The notes beneath the pieces are model-generated. The model was given only the letters and a program-made list of their open reading frames with translations, ran no database searches and was not told the origin of the DNA. Positions 38,671 to 50,625 of a DNA stretch of 64,000 nt are shown one piece after another; the first letter of the stretch is position 1, and each line of letters begins with the position of its first letter. The position numbers were made by a program, and so were the translations under genes. The stretch is taken from contig NIVC01000380.1 of assembly GCA_002269645.1 (NCBI GenBank), positions 347,158 through 411,157 on the forward strand, in the 5' to 3' direction. The DNA is from Macrostomum lignano (taxonomy: Eukaryota).

Positions 38671-41297
38671 CCCTGGTCAGCCACGATTTACGGTGGCCAG
38701 ATCGGCCAGGTCGGCCAGCAGTTGCGCATGTATGCTTAATTGCCTATTATAAGATTATATTTTAATCTATCTAATACTGAAAGTACCACTACTAAACTTT
38801 TTAACATTAATAAAAGTAAGAATTTATTAGCGTTTTATTGTACTATATTCATTTCATACATGCCCAACACCTATCCAACCTAGACTATCCAAACTGGACT
38901 AGTAAAATGGCCGCCAGCCTGGGTTTTTTCTAAGGTTGGAAATCCAGTTGCCAGCTAGCCTTTGGGGCTCAAAATCTGGTTGCCAATGGCTATTTTTGGT
39001 TGCCTATTGGCAACTAGCCAAATTCTTGAAGATGGATTTTTTTATTAGAGGCAAGGGGATTGTGTGTACCCTAGCACACTTTAATTGACATAGGCACACA
39101 ACTGGCAAGAGGCATTACTACCTATTCCGCCAACTCCCCTGAGCAAGCACATACTCACACAGGAGTGTATAGTGGCCCTAACTTTATTTATTGTTAGGCA
39201 TGTACACTTCATTGCACCTTGGGGGGTTGGCTCTCAAGGCCATTAATTGCACAAGCAGAGGCTAGGGCCTATGGCCCCCCTTTTGAGGATGGGAATTTCC
39301 AAGGCTATGTTTGAAAAGTAGAAATTTGTTCTTTTAACTATAGGCCCTAATTGCTATCTATGCTGCAAATAATAACAAACTAACAATTGTATCATATGAT
39401 CATATCAATTTACATGGCACTTTTATTACACTTAAAAAATGGCAACTGGTAGGCCTACAGGGAAAATGAAGTTGCCAGATTGGCCTCTAATACCTAAAAT
39501 CCAGTTGCCAATGAAATTTTCAAGGGGCCAAAAAACCTATATAGCCCAAAAAACTAGACTATGCACCAGAACTATTCCTATCAAATAAGTCTGCTTGTGC
39601 TGTATGTTGGAACCTTTTTAAAAAAAGCACAAAAACACGAAAAACAGTATGCAAGTAAAAAATGCAAGTAAGTTGTTTTAATTATAGAAATAAAAATATT
39701 ATTAGGCAATGTAGCATTGTAGCATAAGGTAAAATTGAAGTTTAATTGAATACTAGTTAGTCCTCGCTTCTCCATTATTCTTTGAATTCAAATAATCATT
39801 GTCCTGATAGTTAAACAAGTACAAAATGATGTTTTAACTTTTAAATTGTAATTGAAGCAAAAAAGAAATTTTCTGTTGTGATAGCATGCAGTTCAATTTC
39901 TCGCGCTTAAATACTTTAAATTAAAACGTTTGAGGATAGGGCGCAAAACCAGGAATTTGCTGAGTGGTGCTTTCAGAATCAGAGCTTAGGTAAAATTCAT
40001 GGTTCTATTTTGGTTTTAATGAGATCAAAAACGGATTAGTTAGTAGTTAGTTACTAACTACTGAATTCACCGGCACTTGGGTTCACCGGATTTTTAACTT
40101 TATTTTTAAGGCTTAAAAATATACATAATCGATAGCGCAAGTAAAACTAGAGATGCGCCTAGATTTTTGGCTCTGCGCGTTGCCCCTGGACATCAGGAGG
40201 GCGATTTTTGTTATTTTTTGGGGGGTGAAACCGGCGGTGAACCCAATAAATCCTTCCAGAGAGCTGAAAACCTGTCATGCAATATTTCAAAGCAAAATAT
40301 AGGCAGATTTCGACGTGCGCATAAAATTTCAGCGTTGCGCGTTGCTCCTGAACTGCAGGAGAACGTTTTTTTGTTAAATTCCGGTGTTGAATGACTGCCG
40401 CTGAACTCCGCGGTGAACGAAATTAAGTGCGTTTCCCGAGTCAAAAAATAGTAAATTTTCCTATTAAAAAAGTTATCAAATTAAAGTTTTATCACTTTCA
40501 TCAGCATTTTTGCACTCAATTTTGTGTTGACTGTTAAGCTATTTATTTTAATGCAAAGCGAAAACATTAAAAAATATTTCGAACTGCGAGTCTTTATTGC
40601 GCAACGTGGCAGCAGGCAGTTACAGCGCACTTGCGCATAAAAAATACATTATATTTATACGCCGTGTGGTATTTTTGTGGCCATACTTAATAATGAAGCC
40701 TTTTATGCTGTTTTACTTCCTATATTTTTAGATTTATTTTTCAATTACGTCTTGAAACATGCAGTCAAAGTGTTAATATCAGTATAGGCAATAAAATAAA
40801 ATTGGCATTTCTTGGCTTGATGCTTTTTACAACTTGTTAAAACCTCTATTTTAATATTTCTTCTCTTCTAATAAGTCAAATTATAAACATAATATCTATT
40901 TAAGATTCCATAGTGCTTTTCCATTAAGTATAAATTCAATTATATCAGGCAGGCACTTAGTATACTTTTATAAAATAATAACTATAACATGCAATAAAAA
41001 TATTGACTATACTAGCCTATTTAATTACTTGTAATTTTATGTAATATTACTAGCCAATAAATATTTTTATATTTGATTTCATTGTAATTATAAAAAATTT
41101 AAAAAATTCTGTATATTTATAACATTGTTGACTCATAAAATTCTTTCTTGTTTTTTCTCCTAACCATAATTATTATTTCAAAAAATATACATCAAGAATT
41201 ATTAATTTTTCTTGATTTGTAAATAAAAATATTACCCTGCAATTTCAATATTTTTCATGTATTTTATATAAAATGCGCAATTTCATGTGCTTTTGTG

Positions 41298-41700
41298 TTT
41301 CCATCAGTTTAGCTTGGGCTAACTAGAAACTGCAGACTGACAGAATGCATTTCTTTCTCCGGGATATTGCTTCTTTCTAAGTTAAAGAGACCAATATGCT
41401 CATTAGGAGTAGCTTTATGCCCAGAAGCACAGTACACACAATAAATTGTGTTTTTTGTGTTTCCATCAGTTTAGCCTGTTATTGGGCTTTCTAGAAACTG
41501 CAGACTGACAGAATGTATTCCTTTTTCAGGGATACTGTTTCTTTCCAAGTTAAAGAGACCAATATGCTCATTAGGAGTAGCTTTATGCCCAGAAGCACAG
41601 TACGCACAATAAATTGTGTTTTTTGTGTTTCCATCAGTTTAGCCTGTTATTGGGCTATCTAGAAACTGCAGACTGACAGAATGTATTCCTTTTTCCGGAT
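41298..41700. repeat. ~165-bp tandem repeat, about 2.5 copies, inside the palindrome arm (mirror ~45250-45652)
   Basis: TTTCCATCAGTTTAGC starts at 41298, 41460 and 41628. Confidence 0.85.
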
Positions 41701-42014
41701 ATTCCTCGTGTTGCTGAATTGTTGACATCAATGTTGTCACAAGAGATTTTTTGTCGTGCCATTGTCAAAATTGGCAATGTTGTTGCAACAACATTGATAC
41801 ATCTTTACTACTTTACTATGAGTAGTGCAGCGAGAGTTGTGAATGAAATAAAGTAAGGCATAAAATTGTTAAACCAGAATTATTTTAGCTCTGAACATAC
41901 CTGCTATTCTAATTCAAAAGAATGGAAACGTGTTTTAAAATTTTAAATTAGTAATATATTTGAGGTTTACAATTCGAAGTTTTTCTCACGAATCAACCTC
42001 AACCAGTCGTATCT

Positions 42015-42520
42015 ACAGCTGCCTCTGCACGATGACGCCAAGAATCTGACCTGCTTCCACACCGAATTCGGCCTCTACCGTTTCAGACGCATGCCGTTCG
42101 GCATCAGCTCGGATCCGGCGGCCTTCCAGAAGCTCGTCGGCAAGATCCTCCAAGGCATCAGAGGCGTCGTTCACTATCAAGACGACATCGCCGTTCACGC
42201 CGGTACTGAAGCTGAGCACGAAAGTCGCGTACTTCAGGTACTGGACAAGCTGCTGCAGCATCGAGTAACCGTCAACCTCAAGAAGTGCAACCTTCAAGGC
42301 GTCGGAGATCGAGTTCGTTGGACACCGCGTCAGCGCAGCGGGAATTCAACCTCTCCAGTCGCACACCGAGTCCGTATCGGGACTCAAGGCACCCACCAAT
42401 ACGGCAAAGTTAGCCTCATTCCTTGGCTTTGCAAAGTTCTTCCAGTTCTACATCAAGAACCTGTCTCACGTCGCCGAGCCGCTAACAGCGCTCCTGCGCA
42501 AGGACACGCCATGGAGACGA
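42015..42520 (+). pseudogene. Ty3/Gypsy reverse transcriptase fragment (mirror ~44430-44935, -)
   Basis: FHTEFGLYRFRRMPFGISSDPAAFQ...YQDDIAV...NLKKC, then frameshift to EFVGH...FLG. Confidence 0.9.
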
Positions 42521-42639
42521 ATCTGCTTCATACCAACGTCTTAATCGCTAAAATCACAGTAACACAATAAATTCGGAACCCACTTTCCCTTTTTACTTGC
42601 GTTTATTAACGATGCGTACACTGTTTTCGAAGCGCAAGG

Positions 42640-42975
42640 TCCTCTACCTGCGAATGCTGCTTTTTGTCGGCGTTTGAGTTGAGGCTACTGATGTTCAAGA
42701 AGCGACAGCTCTAGGACCAGATGGACAAGATGTCTATGCCACGTTTCCTACTGCGGAAGTGAAAAAGTACGAGGATTTGATCAAGAAGTTTGATGTCTAC
42801 TGCCAGCCTCTCTCCAACGAGACATTTGAAAGCTATCAGCTGCGCACCAGAATGCAAGGAGAAGCGGAGGACTTCGACCAGTTCATGGGTTCTCTACGCC
42901 AGCTCGTGAAGCGCTGCAACTACAGCAAACCTGACAACGACGAGATCAAGAACAGCATCTTCGATAGCTTACAGC
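42640..42975 (+). pseudogene. Ty3/Gypsy gag fragment (mirror ~43975-44310, -)
   Basis: LGPDGQDVYATF...FDVYCQPLSNETFESYQLRTRMQGEAEDFDQFMGSLRQLVKRCNY. Confidence 0.75.
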
Positions 42976-43514
42976 CTGTCCTTCTGGCTGTTGGGGTGAA
43001 GCGCGAGAAGCGCGGGCCCGCTCACGATACGCCCGAAGGTTCTTGGCTTGGTCCAGCGCGCGCTGGATCAGGCCGGACCTCCGGGTGCTCCTGGCGGGTC
43101 TGCGATTGGGATTTCCGGTTTCAGCAGCGCGAACTGCCCTACCAGGCATAGGATCGGCCGTTTGCCTCGGCTTCTTTGCCGGAGGAGCCTAGGCCCCAGT
43201 TCCGGTTTCGGAAGCCTTGGCATTCTTGGCTTCATCAGCTTTCCGCTCCTCGCAACGGAGGATGGTCAGCTGAGTCAGACCAAGAGCCTCTTCACGGCAA
43301 TCGATTCTCGAACCAGAATCGGTTCGGATTTCCAAGAAAAAAAGCAGTATAACTATTTAACTTTGTTGAATGTTTGACTGCCTTAACAGCCTCAATTCGC
43401 ACTATTTTTCACTTTCTTCTTGGCTATTGCCATTTAATAATCACAATTTTAAAGCACTAATATCCCTCTAGTTTAGGAGACAAAAAGTTATACTTTACAA
43501 ATTGGTTCTGGTTC

Positions 43515-43890
43515 TAGAACCAGAACAAGCAATATGAAGAGCCTTCAATATGGATTGTGGACTTAGGCGGCAAGTGCTCAGCCCAGTCATTAGAGAGCCC
43601 TAGGATCACCGTAGCCCCCTTCTCCTTGCGGGAAGTGGCGTGGTGTAGGAGCCCGTTGACCTCAAGGTCAGGGTGCAGCTTTAGCAATATTTGCCTAAGC
43701 TGATCTCCGGACTTAATGGCACTGCCGGCCGGGATCCAGACGCGAAAGCGCTGGCGAAGACGAGCTTGCCGAGCTTCTTGGGCCAGTTCAGCTTTGGCAG
43801 AAGCTCGCGTAGACTGCGGCTGCTCTCCTCCGAGCTGCACCAGATGAAGATGCAGCCGTCGGTCTTGGCGGACTTGACCACGCTCACAGG
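43515..43890 (-). pseudogene. Possible LOA-type LINE ORF1 remnant in the palindrome spacer
   Basis: GCIFIWCSSEES..., RFRVWIPAG...ILLKLHPDL...GATVILGL; resemblance to DUF4780-like ORF1 is from memory only. Confidence 0.4.
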
Positions 43891-46800
43891 GCGCTGGACC
43901 AAGCCAAGAACCTTCGGGCGTATCGTGAGCGGGCCCGCGCTTCTCGCGCTTCACCCCAACAGCCAGAAGGACAGGCTGTAAGCTATCGAAGATGCTGTTC
44001 TTGATCTCGTCGTTGTCAGGTTTGCTGTAGTTGCAGCGCTTCACGAGCTGGCGTAGAGAACCCATGAACTGGTCGAAGTCCTCCGCTTCTCCTTGCATTC
44101 TGGTGCGCAGCTGATAGCTTTCAAATGTCTCGTTGGAGAGAGGCTGGCAGTAGACATCAAACTTCTTGATCAAATCCTCGTACTTTTTCACTTCCGCAGT
44201 AGGAAACGTGGCATAGACATCTTGTCCATCTGGTCCTAGAGCTGTCGCTTCTTGAACATCAGTAGCCTCAACTCAAACGCCGACAAAAAGCAGCATTCGC
44301 AGGTAGAGGACCTTGCGCTTCGAAAACAGTGTACGCATCGTTAATAAACGCAAGTAAAAAGGGAAAGTGGGTTCCGAATTTATTGTGTTACTGTGATTTT
44401 AGCGATTAAGACGTTGGTATGAAGCAGATTCGTCTCCATGGCGTGTCCTTGCGCAGGAGCGCTGTTAGCGGCTCGGCGACGTGAGACAGGTTCTTGATGT
44501 AGAACTGGAAGAACTTTGCAAAGCCAAGGAATGAGGCTAACTTTGCCGTATTGGTGGGTGCCTTGAGTCCCGATACGGACTCGGTGTGCGACTGGAGAGG
44601 TTGAATTCCCGCTGCGCTGACGCGGTGTCCAACGAACTCGATCTCCGACGCCTTGAAGGTTGCACTTCTTGAGGTTGACGGTTACTCGATGCTGCAGCAG
44701 CTTGTCCAGTACCTGAAGTACGCGACTTTCGTGCTCAGCTTCAGTACCGGCGTGAACGGCGATGTCGTCTTGATAGTGAACGACGCCTCTGATGCCTTGG
44801 AGGATCTTGCCGACGAGCTTCTGGAAGGCCGCCGGATCCGAGCTGATGCCGAACGGCATGCGTCTGAAACGGTAGAGGCCGAATTCGGTGTGGAAGCAGG
44901 TCAGATTCTTGGCGTCATCGTGCAGAGGCAGCTGTAGATACGACTGGTTGAGGTTGATTCGTGAGAAAAACTTCGAATTGTAAACCTCAAATATATTACT
45001 AATTTAAAATTTTAAAACACGTTTCCATTCTTTTGAATTAGAATAGCAGGTATGTTCAGAGCTAAAATAATTCTGGTTTAACAATTTTATGCCTTACTTT
45101 ATTTCATTCACAACTCTCGCTGCACTACTCATAGTAAAGTAGTAAAGATGTATCAATGTTGTTGCAACAACATTGCCAATTTTGACAATGGCACGACAAA
45201 AAATCTCTTGTGACAACATTGATGTCAACAATTCAGCAACACGAGGAATATCCGGAAAAAGGAATACATTCTGTCAGTCTGCAGTTTCTAGATAGCCCAA
45301 TAACAGGCTAAACTGATGGAAACACAAAAAACACAATTTATTGTGCGTACTGTGCTTCTGGGCATAAAGCTACTCCTAATGAGCATATTGGTCTCTTTAA
45401 CTTGGAAAGAAACAGTATCCCTGAAAAAGGAATACATTCTGTCAGTCTGCAGTTTCTAGAAAGCCCAATAACAGGCTAAACTGATGGAAACACAAAAAAC
45501 ACAATTTATTGTGCGTACTGTGCTTCTGGGCATAAAGCTACTCCTAATGAGCATATTGGTCTCTTTAACTTAGAAAGAAGCAATATCCCGGAGAAAGAAA
45601 TGCATTCTGTCAGTCTGCAGTTTCTAGTTAGCCCAAGCTAAACTGATGGAAACACAAAAGCACATGAAATTGCGCATTTTATATAAAATACATGAAAAAT
45701 ATTGAAATTGCAGGGTAATATTTTTATTTACAAATCAAGAAAAATTAATAATTCTTGATGTATATTTTTTGAAATAATAATTATGGTTAGGAGAAAAAAC
45801 AAGAAAGAATTTTATGAGTCAACAATGTTATAAATATACAGAATTTTTTAAATTTTTTATAATTACAATGAAATCAAATATAAAAATATTTATTGGCTAG
45901 TAATATTACATAAAATTACAAGTAATTAAATAGGCTAGTATAGTCAATATTTTTATTGCATGTTATAGTTATTATTTTATAAAAGTATACTAAGTGCCTG
46001 CCTGATATAATTGAATTTATACTTAATGGAAAAGCACTATGGAATCTTAAATAGATATTATGTTTATAATTTGACTTATTAGAAGAGAAGAAATATTAAA
46101 ATAGAGGTTTTAACAAGTTGTAAAAAGCATCAAGCCAAGAAATGCCAATTTTATTTTATTGCCTATACTGATATTAACACTTTGACTGCATGTTTCAAGA
46201 CGTAATTGAAAAATAAATCTAAAAATATAGGAAGTAAAACAGCATAAAAGGCTTCATTATTAAGTATGGCCACAAAAATACCACACGGCGTATAAATATA
46301 ATGTATTTTTTATGCGCAAGTGCGCTGTAACTGCCTGCTGCCACGTTGCGCAATAAAGACTCGCAGTTCGAAATATTTTTTAATGTTTTCGCTTTGCATT
46401 AAAATAAATAGCTTAACAGTCAACACAAAATTGAGTGCAAAAATGCTGATGAAAGTGATAAAACTTTAATTTGATAACTTTTTTAATAGGAAAATTTACT
46501 ATTTTTTGACTCGGGAAACGCACTTAATTTCGTTCACCGCGGAGTTCAGCGGCAGTCATTCAACACCGGAATTTAACAAAAAAACGTTCTCCTGCAGTTC
46601 AGGAGCAACGCGCAACGCTGAAATTTTATGCGCACGTCGAAATCTGCCTATATTTTGCTTTGAAATATTGCATGACAGGTTTTCAGCTCTCTGGAAGGAT
46701 TTATTGGGTTCACCGCCGGTTTCACCCCCCAAAAAATAACAAAAATCGCCCTCCTGATGTCCAGGGGCAACGCGCAGAGCCAAAAATCTAGGCGCATCTC

Positions 46801-48142
46801 TAGTTTTACTTGCGCTATCGATTATGTATATTTTTAAGCCTTAAAAATAAAGTTAAAAATCCGGTGAACCCAAGTGCCGGTGAATTCAGTAGTTAGTTTA
46901 GTAGTTACGAGCTCAGTGAATTTTCGGCTGCTTTCAAATCGACGCCGGAATTTCCGGGAATTCGAGTCGATTTAACAAAACTATGGGTGCGGTGGGAGCT
47001 CCAACAGCTGAGTACCTCCGGCTCAGGGGAGGGTAGCTGTCATCGTGGCTGCACGGTCGATTTTTTCGTCCTTCAGAATGCTAGGAGGACAGGATGGGCC
47101 GATACGGAAACTGTAGTCAAATGGTAGTAGATTTATCTAACATTACTTTAATTTTAGTGGATTGCTGTCAACACCGTGGTAATTCACGAAGCAAATCCCT
47201 GAGACTTGATTATAGCTAGAACTTAGTTTAAGAACTCTTGATTCTAGATCACTAATCCGAGGTCAGAAGTCTTGGAGAACAATTTGATTTTTTAAACAGC
47301 GCCTTAATTAAAATACGCTCGTCCAAGGGCGTTGACTACTATGGCAAAATATTTTTAAATATTAGAAAAAATGCTAAATAATTAAACGCAACTATTTGTA
47401 TGTCGAGAAGTTCTGGATTTGGGCAATTCGGACTCAGTAGTATGGACCTCGGGTCGTATTGAAATTTTAGAAAAATGTACAGTACATTCCCGTGCAGGTA
47501 TTTCCTTTCTGCGAGGCTGTTTTACATGTAAGTATTCCACTCGAGTCTGGCCAAGGCGGGGCGAGCCCAGACTCGTTTATTAGATTCTCATGAGCTTACC
47601 ACGGTTGGAAGGAGGGGTTTACCCCGGGTGGAAGGTTACACTGAACGGAAAATTAAAAAAGGAGGTTCACACTGTGCGCGTCTAAATAGATTGAAATTTG
47701 TCGGAATTGATTGGAAATTTCGCAGTATGAGCCATAGATAGGAGGACAGAAAAAGCCAATTCATAGCCAACTGTCGGAATTGATTGCAAATTGTTTGAAT
47801 TGATTGCAATTGAATGCACGTCCGGCCAAGAACTACCATAAACTGTCTGAATTAAATGAAAAGATTTTTACTTTGATTGCACGATTGCCAAAATAGAATG
47901 GAAAATGTGTAGAACGCAAAAAGCCATAATATTAGTAATAAAATAATATAATACTCTGCAAAGACACTTGTGGCAGCTCTTCTCGTATATGGTTATGTAT
48001 GCATGCAGCATTGATAGCCATTGCTCAATTCTCCTCTGCCCGAGCTAGCCCCCTGCCTGCCAGTTAGTCTGTCCTTGAACGCATTCGCTCCCTGCTATGT
48101 TTGGCCGCACAAGCCGCATTATAGCGTCTACTCTTGGCCATC

Positions 48143-48456
48143 ATGTCGTCCTACATACGGTTTGATTCTGCTGCCGCTGTCAACTCTCGGGTCCGGAGTG
48201 GCTCATCTGGTGGGAGCCAGCAGACACTGACTTCGGCGGCGGCGGCGGCGGCGGCAGCTAGGATACCAGCAGCTGGCACAAATGTTTCGCAGCCTAAAAT
48301 CCGTGTGCCGGCAACAATGACCATACAAGTGACAGCACCTCCGTCGGCAGCCTCATCTGTGACAGAGGCAACCGCTGCGGTTGACGAATGGAACGACGAC
48401 GCGGCATTGGCTGAGCTGGACTTTGCCGCCATCGACGAGCTGGAAAAATCGGCGAA
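48143..48456 (+). CDS. Host gene exon or 5' part interrupted by the Polinton; product unknown
   Basis: GC-rich ORF MSSYIRFDS...DEWNDDAALAELDFAAIDELEKSAK; runs into AGTAGTATAG at 48457 and stops at 48464-48466. Confidence 0.6.
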
Positions 48457-48723
48457 AGTAGTATAGAAAAAGACGCTTCTAGACCCAGAGCACTTTTTTA
48501 ATGACCGTTTTAAGGGTCTAGAGGGGGGACACGGGGGGTAAATAAAAAAACACATCTAAACACCCTTAACACATCTAATCACCCATAATCACCCCTGACA
48601 ATAAAAATCATTCCCAACACTTCCAAACACTCCCCAACACTCCCCTCGCGTCCCCCCTCTTAAGACCTTACAAACGGTCATTAAAATAAGGTCTGATCTA
48701 GAAGCGTCTTTTTCTATACTACT
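48457..48723. repeat. Left-terminal inverted repeat (fold-back): ~75-bp arms, first 27 nt perfect
   Basis: AGTAGTATAGAAAAAGACGCTTCTAGA at 48457 and its reverse complement ending at 48723. Confidence 0.9.
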
Positions 48724-49137
48724 ACTCTATAACCCCTTGCCCGCGCCGCAGGCGCGAAGGGTCACAAAAGAGTTTAAACTGAGTCATGGTAATAGTAACA
48801 CTCAACAAAAAATTACTCTCATAGCCACTATTGGCTAGCTTGCAAAATCTTGCCGTAGCAGGAATTGAACGCCCACTCAGCCATCCAACTCTATAAAAAC
48901 CACAGCCATCAACCCAGTTCTAGCTCATCTCTCAGGAAGAAGAAGACAGGCTCCGCGCGTCACAAGTAAAATGGGGTGCCCACCATCAATGAATAAGTTT
49001 TTAACAAATCGTCCAGAAAAATTCTGGACGTCCAGAAAAAAATGACTCAATGCAGTATATACACCATCTTGGGTTGAAAAATATTCTTTTGTGTGTTCTC
49101 GTATTCTTTTTTTCTGTTACTAAAAATAGAACAAAAA

Positions 49138-49536
49138 ATGACACACGTTACACATGTGCAAAATATAAATGAGTATCAGGTAGGAGATCCAATTGAATAC
49201 CGAGGTGAGGGACTTTTTGATTTGGTTGGAACAGCAGCAAATTTTGTTAAAGACAATATGGGGCTTATAGGGCAAGCTGGCTCTGCAGCAGGCTCTATAA
49301 CAAATGCTGTAAAAGGAGGAATTGAAGCAGCTAGAGCGGCAGAAGAACTAAAGAAATTGAGAGATTTTAACGACACCCTCTCACAAATAAATGCAATAAA
49401 AGATTTAAAGCTGGCACAAGCCGCACAACCAACAGAAACCCCCACGAAAACCACGCCAATAAGTAATAAAGATATTCAGGATTTTAATAAAATGTTAAAT
49501 ACTATTAAAGGTGGAAAAGGATTAAAGAAATTTTAA
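49138..49536 (+). CDS. Putative virion core/minor structural protein with GxGL motifs
   Basis: RGEGLFD and KGGKGLKKF; AAAAAATG start context. Confidence 0.6.
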   Translation: MTHVTHVQNINEYQVGDPIEYRGEGLFDLVGTAANFVKDNMGLIGQAGSAAGSITNAVKGGIEAARAAEELKKLRDFNDTLSQINAIKDLKLAQAAQPTETPTKTTPISNKDIQDFNKMLNTIKGGKGLKKF

Positions 49537-49546
49537 CAATATAAAA

Positions 49547-50542
49547 ATGGACTCAGTTAATGATGATGAAAACCGGTTATATTTTATAGGAGAAATTGTA
49601 GATACCTTAAATCTTGATGATAATAAGCAAACCCACACAATGTTAAAAAGATTGGATCGATTAGGTAAAAAGTTTGACTACGACATCGATACATTTAAAC
49701 TCGCAGCAAAATATGCACAAGAAGGAAGGCCAATATCCTTTAAGAATCGCGGCAGAAATTATAGGTTGACAGACTCCGATGTGAAATTTTTAATGGAGAC
49801 TCACACTAAAAAGGACGGCGGATTACTACCCATTCTACCGCTTCTTTTAGGACTTGGCGCAGCTGGAGCAGTCGGTTTAGCCGGAAAAAGAATTCATGAT
49901 AATGTAAAACAGCTAGGAGAGTTAAGAGCGAAACAGGGGGGAATCTTGCCCCTTGCAGCTTTGCTCCCAATAATTTTTGCAGGAATTGGAGCAGCTGGAG
50001 GAGTTGCTGGCGGAGCAGCTGGAATTGCAAAAGCAGTAAATGACAAAAAAGCTGCGGACGAAAAAGCTAAAAGAGAGGCCGAATTTCAAAGACAGCAAAT
50101 AACGCAGGACGCACAATTCAAACAGAAACTTATTGATACCATTAATAGTAGTTCAGCAACAGCAGAGCAAAAAAGAAATGCAGAAGCTAGGTTAGCAGCC
50201 GGAAAAGGTTTACTCTTGCAAGGAACAAATCACGGGAATGGTTTGGTACTAAAAGGAACAACCCAAGGAAGTGGAGTTGTCGCAGATAAACTACATGAAT
50301 TTGGCCAAACTTTAGAAAAAACGGGTGAGAAAGCTAAAGGATTTTTTGACAATATTGGATCCAATTTTAGGCCAGCAGTTCAGAAGATTTTTACTAAGTT
50401 AGGAAAAGATTTTAACATCATTGAAAAACACGACGGAAGCGGATTATATCTCGAAATGCGACCAAAAGCAGGTTCAGGAATTTTCTTAAATTCAAATGTT
50501 ATGGGCAATGGATTGCTATTACCAAAAGCAGATCTCGAATAG
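49547..50542 (+). CDS. Adenovirus pX-like core protein precursor, 331 aa
   Basis: Two GG-[LI]LP-hydrophobic segments (GGLLPILPLLLGLGAAG, GGILPLAALLPIIFAGIGAAG) resembling adenoviral pX; six GxG-[LVI] motifs in the C-terminal part. Confidence 0.7.
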   Translation: MDSVNDDENRLYFIGEIVDTLNLDDNKQTHTMLKRLDRLGKKFDYDIDTFKLAAKYAQEGRPISFKNRGRNYRLTDSDVKFLMETHTKKDGGLLPILPLLLGLGAAGAVGLAGKRIHDNVKQLGELRAKQGGILPLAALLPIIFAGIGAAGGVAGGAAGIAKAVNDKKAADEKAKREAEFQRQQITQDAQFKQKLIDTINSSSATAEQKRNAEARLAAGKGLLLQGTNHGNGLVLKGTTQGSGVVADKLHEFGQTLEKTGEKAKGFFDNIGSNFRPAVQKIFTKLGKDFNIIEKHDGSGLYLEMRPKAGSGIFLNSNVMGNGLLLPKADLE

Positions 50543-50625
50543 ACTCCTGGGGGGTGGGTCAAGACACCAAAAACGCAAATTAAAAAATCAATAATTCAAA
50601 CATTATATAAATTTTATTCTATAAA

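Larger units (their letters stand above)
40053..46897. repeat. 6.8-kb quasi-palindrome: arms 40053-43059 and 43891-46897 (3007 bp each), 831-bp spacer
   Basis: Mirrored ORF coordinates all sum to 86950 (40167+46783, 42091+44859, 42759+44191); one mismatch noticed at 41436/45514. Confidence 0.97.

Noticed and set aside
40053-46897. Palindrome arms as the Polinton's TIRs
   Set aside because: Both arms lie outside the virus, enclose no viral genes, and are separated from it by host-like sequence.
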